Shown piece by piece: positions 17,000-23,084 of a stretch of DNA of 23,084 nt. How positions within the stretch are numbered: position 1 is the stretch's first letter; the number at the start of each line of letters is the position of its first letter. The notes under the pieces were generated by a model that worked only from the letters and a program-made list of their open reading frames with translations, was not told the DNA's origin and did not search any database. This stretch comes from Macrostomum lignano. Its lineage: Eukaryota. The stretch is taken from positions 1-23,084 of the forward strand of contig NIVC01002726.1 in NCBI GenBank assembly GCA_002269645.1. Reading direction: 5' to 3'. Position numbers and translations under genes: made by a program.

Positions 17000-18253
17000 A
17001 ATAAGGCCAAAAACTAAGAACGAGTACTGGAGCACAGACAGTTACTATAGTGCTCTGTACTTTCAAGCACCTCAAGCTCTCTCTAGAGACTGCTTCAAGC
17101 AGCTACTTGGTCTGCTCCATTTCTACGATTGCGCTAAGAATCTAATTGTCAATGATCCTCTCTTTAAGATCCATCCATTGCTGCAGGCTTTGAGAGATGC
17201 TTGCATTAATGTGTATAGGCCTAAGGAGGATATGAGCATGGATAAGTCTTTGGTGTTGTACAAAGGTCACCTGCGCTTCAAACAATATATTCCAACAAAG
17301 CAGGCTAAGTATGGAATAAAGCTATATTGTGCATGTGAGGCCAAATCAGGCTACCTGTACAACTTCTGCATTCACTTAACCCCAGAGGAGAACCACTGGT
17401 TTGATGAACAGTTGCAGGGAGACAATCCGTCCTTTAGTGAGAAGATTGTTATTGAGCTCTGCTACAACTAGCTGCACCAAGGCTACTGCATCTTTGTCAA
17501 CAAATGGTTTGGTTCCTATTGGCTGTCAGAGTACTTGCTCACTCAAGGAATGCACCTGACTTGTACTATCTGGGCCAACCAAGGTATGCCAATTGAGCTC
17601 AGACAGCTGCACATTCCACCTAATGATGTCACCTTCATGCACAAAGATAGGATGCTAGCTGTCAAGATTGTTGAACAAAAGGAGAGTGGCCTGAAGACTC
17701 TATATTTGCTAGACACAAATGAGGTGACTGAGAGTGTTCAAACCAGATGCACGGTTTGTAAAGGAGCAGAAACAGTGGTGCAGAAGAGCAGATCAGTTCT
17801 CACCTATTATTGGTGCATGGGTGGTGTTGACAGAATGGACAGTCATCTACAGCCTCATCTGCCAGGGAGGAAAACTATGTAAGTGGTTTTTTAAGCTTGG
17901 CTTGCACCTATTTCTTCAAATGATTCATAACACTTGGATTATGTATAGCTGGTGCAATGGAGAGAAAACATTTGCCAAGTTTCTTAGGCCAGCATTTGGT
18001 AGCTGGTGGAGCATACCAGAAGGAGCGAGCAGGAAGCACCCAGTCACTGCCATCCAAGCCACTCCAGGTGGCCAAGTCAGTCCACACTTTCTAATGAAGA
18101 TTGTGGTGTGGGACAGTAAGCCAAGACCCAACAAAGGACTGCCATGTCTGCTACAGAGCTGGAAGCAGCAAGTGCATGGTCTATTGCTTTCCTGAGTGTC
18201 CAGGGGAACCAGGGCTCTGCTTGGAAGCCTGTTTTCAGCAATGGCATACCTGA
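17000..18253 (+). pseudogene. piggyBac (PGBD4-like) transposase fossil
   Basis: EYWSTD...LSRDCFKQLLGLLHF...DPLFKIHPLL...MSMDKSLVLYKGHLRFKQYIPTKQAKYGIKLY...SGYLYNF; FVNKWF; MGGVDRMDSHL...KWFFKL; C-terminal CHVCY...ECPGEPGLCLEACFQQWHT*. Stops at 17469 and 17880, frameshifts, and the second catalytic Asp reads Asn. TIRs not found. Confidence 0.9.
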
Positions 18254-19447
18254 TCTTTAACTGCGATTTTGACTGTCTGCCTAAATGAATCTACATATAT
18301 TTGAAGGCAACATATTCACTCAAACTTAGTCAAAATATAATGCAAGTCATTATATTTTAATGTAGTTTATATGTTTACATGAGTTAGTATGTTTATTTAA
18401 AGTTTAAAGTCGTCTAAACACTATCACAATGTTCTTTTTTGCATTTTGGAGTACTTTTGCATATAAATGTACAATCTGTACAATCAGCTTACTTTTGTTT
18501 TACTTTGTTAAAATATCTTGTTAAAGTATGATTTTCTCCTCAGTCAAGTTGTTTCTAGACTGTGAATGATCTGTAGCAGATTTCAACCAACTGCAGTATA
18601 AAAGGCAAATGATTTAGGCTGGAGCCAAATACAATGGAGCAATTAGTTTCTCTCAAATTTGTCTTTGCCAGTGCCAGTTTAGTCCATTAAAGTAAGTAAC
18701 AAAAGTAAAATATCCATTAGTGGTCCTGTTTCTAATGTTTATAAATATTAAGCTTCAATTGACTTTTGGCATAGAATACAATTTCAAAAATTCATCCTAA
18801 TAATGTTTTGCACTAGGGCAACAGGAAAGTAACTATTTTTTGTTGGAAATTTGATCAAGCAATCAAAAGAGTATATTTCTATGAAAAGGTACTTTTTTCC
18901 ATTTTTCAAATATTTAAACATGTTTTGCTTTTTCAAGAAAAATCATTACAATACCTTCAAAGTATAGTTAGTTTGGAATTAAATGACAGCATTTAATTGT
19001 TTCTTTCATATTCCAAAAATTATAATGAGCACTTTTCCTCAAAGCAGTTTGAGATCATGATTTTTAGTCTTTTGTCTATAACTTCATTACTTAAAATGTT
19101 TAAGAATTGAAAATTTCCACACTTGTATATCTTTGAATTGTGTATCAAATGGTGCATAGTATGTATGTTTAACTATTAGCAGTATAGAAAAAATAATAAA
19201 AAACTAAAAGTACATTCCTAACTTTTCATTTTTTGCTACCAAAGTGCCAAATTTTTGTTACAGTTGAAATAAAACAACCCAATAATGTTATGCATCTTTG
19301 TAGGGCACACCTATAACCCTTGAACATTTTTAGCTTGAGTTTTAATGTGCATAAGGAAATGTACTTTTATAAAGAAATAATCTTACGACAAACATTTCAA
19401 CTGGAGCCTGTTCCTTTTTTTCTGCAGTGAATCCTTACAAAACTATA

Positions 19448-19832
19448 ATAATAATAATAATAATAGTTACGTCCCATGCCAGCCATGGGAGTGGCAAAGA
19501 GGGGAGAGCATCAAATTGCACATTTCAGAGCTAGGTCTCTAATGTGCTTCACACAGGCCACCTGGCTGGGTGCTTGCGCATCTTCAAAAAGGTGGTTGAT
19601 ATAGCAGGCTGATTGTCCCTAGCCATACCTGCATGTCCCTGTAGGGTCCAAAGTAGGATATCCTGCAATGGCTCTGGGCAATAGACTTCAGCCTGGATGA
19701 CATATCTGGCAAGCCATAGATGCCGCTGACTCAGCAGGGCAGAAGGCCGCATCAGGCCTGTGCGCTTGTACAGGGACTCAGTTGTCTCACTACTAGGGCT
19801 GTGGTGGGCGCCAAAAGTGGCGCGGACTAGGG
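19448..19832 (-). mobile_element. 5'-truncated RTE-like non-LTR retrotransposon fragment with (TAT)6 tail and 11-bp TSD
   Basis: Peptide ESLYKRTGLMRPSALLSQRHLWLARYVIQAEVYCPEPLQDILLW fits the LY...S..+..RRL+LAGH+.R...P...LLW pattern C-terminal to RTE-clade RT. ACAAAACTATA at 19437-19447 and 19833-19843. Confidence 0.75.
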
Positions 19833-22800
19833 ACAAAACTATACTTGTTATATAGATTAGATTTTTCTCTTTAAAATGACACCTTACTTGTGAAATTTGC
19901 TCTTTCCCCACAACTGGGTTCATAGGTTGTTGGCAAGAGAAGGTATATTTTTATTTCTGATTTAAGATATTTATATATTATTTAGTTTTTGTTTCTGTAT
20001 GATTGAAGTCCAACCCCCCTCTTTGAGTCATGTAGCTTGTACATGCACTCAGCACCCACCTCCCTTTTATGTAAGTGCTAGTGCTAATATATATTTGTGG
20101 TCTCAGTTGCTCGAGGGCGGGCAACTGTGGTTTTGGTTAGTTAGATTTGCATTGGGCTGCAGCCATAAAGTTGATTTGTTTTTGTGAAGACTTATTCATT
20201 TTGCATGACTCGATAAGAGCGCAAGAACATAAGTTTCACAGAGCTCACTGGGGAACTAGGTATAAATCCTAAGAAGAAAGAATGGAAATTAAGAATTTCT
20301 GGCATAAATTTGGTTAGAAATTATAATTAGGCCTAGGTAAATAGTTTGTAGGGCCTACCTAATAATTCTACTGGCATGTTATAATGGCATAAAAAACTTA
20401 GCATATATACATTGACAAACAATCATTATTGACATCCGTTGTTTGTTTTATGTTCCAGCATATTAATTTATATTTACATGATCTCCACTATGATAGAAAA
20501 GAGGTTAGGGTAGGCCAATAAAAACCTGTAAAGACAAAATGACTAACTAAAAGTAGCTAGAAAGCATAATAATTGGCAAGAGACATATTAGGGCCTATAG
20601 TTGCTTTAATTAATAAGTAGCAATATCAATAAAACTCTTAGACTTATTGTTGGCTCAACTTGGCTTGGCTGTTAAATTTTATGATAGGGTAGGCCAGTAG
20701 GGGTCTATGTCTACAATTAGGGCCTAATGATTGCTGTTGCCTGGCAACCAGAAAAAAGGAAACAAAATAAAAAAGTTAAAAACTGAAAATTGAAGCAGAA
20801 TGAAAGCATTCATTTAATAAATCGTACACGAAAACACAATATGCGCCTTTGAAATATCTACGTTTAACGTAATGTACTTTAACTGACAAGTGACAATTAG
20901 CTTCTATGAAAAAAATGCATTTAAAAAAATATTACTACGTTTAACAAATCTGTTTTTTAATTAGGTGTTACATTACAAAATGTAATTACCTTAAAACTTA
21001 ATTAGTATTTTACAGTTATTAACAAAACATTTAAGTAACAATTACAAATTTATTTCGGTCTTAGTTCAACAACTTCGCAGCTGCAGCAGTGGGTCGTGCT
21101 AGGCCTAATGTAGAACATGCTGAATCAGCTTAGGTCTCTTTTCACTTTCAGGTTCATAATTAATTTTATATTATCGTATTTTAAGCGAGGACGTAGAAAA
21201 CGTTATACTACATTTATTGAAATTCTTTTAGGAAGCAGGTTTTGCTTAGGCCCTAAGAATTTCTACATTATTTATGCGGAGGACGGAGAATGGTGGCTAG
21301 GCTTACTTACATAACAATTTACATTTTTTCACTCTTACAGTAAAATTTTTTTTGCTTTAGATAGGAGAAAACCTAACGTTCATCTTTTTATATGCCTTAC
21401 TTATAGCTTACTTATAGATATTAATAATTCATAGAGCTTTTGTTTTGTTTAGAAAATTAGGATTCTAGAAACTAACTTTTTGTTTATAATGAATAAGCTT
21501 TGCAACAGGAAAATCAAATGCATTGGTATCATCATTGGATAGGGCTCTGGGCTCATAACACTGCTCATATTAGCTGGCCAAGCATATTAAATAACTATGA
21601 ACTCTTTACATTCAATATTATAATTGTAACTATAGCCAGCTTGTAGGCCTAACTCTTTTCTCAATACACGACAATAGATATTTAAATTTTATATTGTATT
21701 TCTTTAAAATTAAAATATTGAGATGGGGGTGGAGAAAGAAAAAAAAATAATTGGGGTTTGGTGGTCCATTGGGGTCAGGTTTTGAAGTTGGGTTTCTTAG
21801 AAACCAATTGGCATTGCATTTGCACAAATAAGTCCAGAAACGTTGCACAGATGAATTGCAATGGAAATTCTTTCTTCTGTTTACTCCAACTGCCGGGGTC
21901 CTCGAATTCCAGGGGAGAGTAGTTGCAATGTAGCAAAGCAGTCATTTAGCGGCACTATTGTCATTATTGTTCAAAAAGTGGATGCCAAAGATCCTGACAT
22001 GCAAATTAGAGTGTCAATTTGTTGCACAGATATTACTTTCAGTAGGGTAGAGCTGCCACTACCATAATTCTCACATTACAGAATGGATTTGTCTTAAAAC
22101 TTTCTTTAAGATAAGAACTTGGTTTGTTTTATACCCCATAGGCAATAACTCAAAATAGACTATAGGCTTCTTATTTGTTAATAAAATATTATTGTTTAAT
22201 ATTAATTATTATTATTATTAACTAAGGGTTAGAAAATTAAATATTTTAGGCAGGTAATAAATATTATGGTGCGACCAAAATGATTCGATGAGCAGAGCCG
22301 GAGTAAGTTTTTGAAAAAGGTAAATAAAGGAGAAAGAAAGAAGCAGAATTTGAATTAGCAGTGCTTGAAGCATGCAAAATAAATAGTTAACATAAATTCC
22401 AACAACAGAGGCAAAACTTGGATGGGCAGCTGGGCAGCTGGTTGGGCAAAGGAAGGGCACAAGGTTGAGCAATGGCAGTTTACGTAGAAATTACAAGAAA
22501 AAAAAACAAACAAGAGTAGGAAACATTGATTCATAGGTAGGACAAATTGGAGGAACAAAAATTGGGACAAAGGACAACATATAGGAAAGTGACAAAATAA
22601 GCAACTATTGAAAAAATATATAAAAATTTCTGGGAGTTGGGGCACATTTAATTCTCAAAAACTTAGTAAATTGAATGCAAAATTATTAAAAGAATTGCAA
22701 AATTGAAGTGGCAACCCAACTGCCACAATAATATAATAAAGAAAATTACCTTTACAAAAATACATTACATAAATTCAAGTATACACTTATAATAAAGTAT

Positions 22801-23084
22801 ACACCTATAATAAAGTATAGTAAAGAGCAACTCAAGCAGAAATTCTTTGAGTTGCAAGCAGTCTTTGGGAACAATCAATCTGCTTGTTGGGTACTAAAAA
22901 GAGTTGGAACATAATAATAATAATTGATTGCATGTGCCCTAATCGGCAAATGTGCAATTGAAAGCTCAGCTGCAGCTATTGCACAACCATCTGAAGGCTG
23001 CATATGGCTGTTTAGTCCAAGGACTGGGGGGGGGGTCGCCACACAAGTGGATCTTGTTCCAGTGGAATCTGGAATCGAACTCCA

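Noticed and set aside
19999-22645. Short ORFs in the distal AT-rich region (19999, 21117, 21630, 21861, 22218, 22355) and locally CpG-richer patches near 20800-21300 and 21800-22060
   Set aside because: I found no domain similarity, no consistent splice-phase chain and no terminal repeats; they may be unrecognised TE remnants or regulatory DNA.
23071-23084. B-box-like GAGTTCGATTCC on the minus strand at the window edge
   Set aside because: It may belong to another tRNA-derived element, but the A-box would lie outside the window, so it cannot be supported.

Overview
AT-rich animal-type genomic window with three layers. (1) 1-8124 is the right-hand part of a Polinton/Maverick (adintovirus-like) endogenous dsDNA virus. 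It holds the C-terminus of a protein-primed PolB, an adenain-like protease, a membrane-hairpin protein with PTAP and LYPxI late-domain-like motifs, a coiled-coil protein, an A32/FtsK-type packaging ATPase, a small protein VI-like core protein, a polyQ protein, major and minor capsid proteins, an orphan ORF and a probable right TIR ending at 8124. About 14 one-base frameshifts but no independent nonsense codons interrupt these genes. (2) 8288-9838 on the minus strand holds the first three coding exons of a host WDR59-like (GATOR2/Sea3) gene with clean GT-AG sites. The virus begins 163 bp past the exon 3 donor, so it appears to lie in intron 3. Intron 2 holds a 34-bp minisatellite. (3) 10094-23084 is repeat-rich upstream DNA: two copies of one non-autonomous Helitron family (about 235 bp and 4.1 kb, the long one carrying 18-bp and 23-bp satellites plus a tRNA-derived Pol III unit), a tRNA-derived SINE with a 12-bp TSD, a CpG-decayed piggyBac transposase fossil and a 5'-truncated RTE-like LINE with an 11-bp TSD. 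All family assignments come from motif recognition by eye; no searches were run and the host species cannot be determined from this window.
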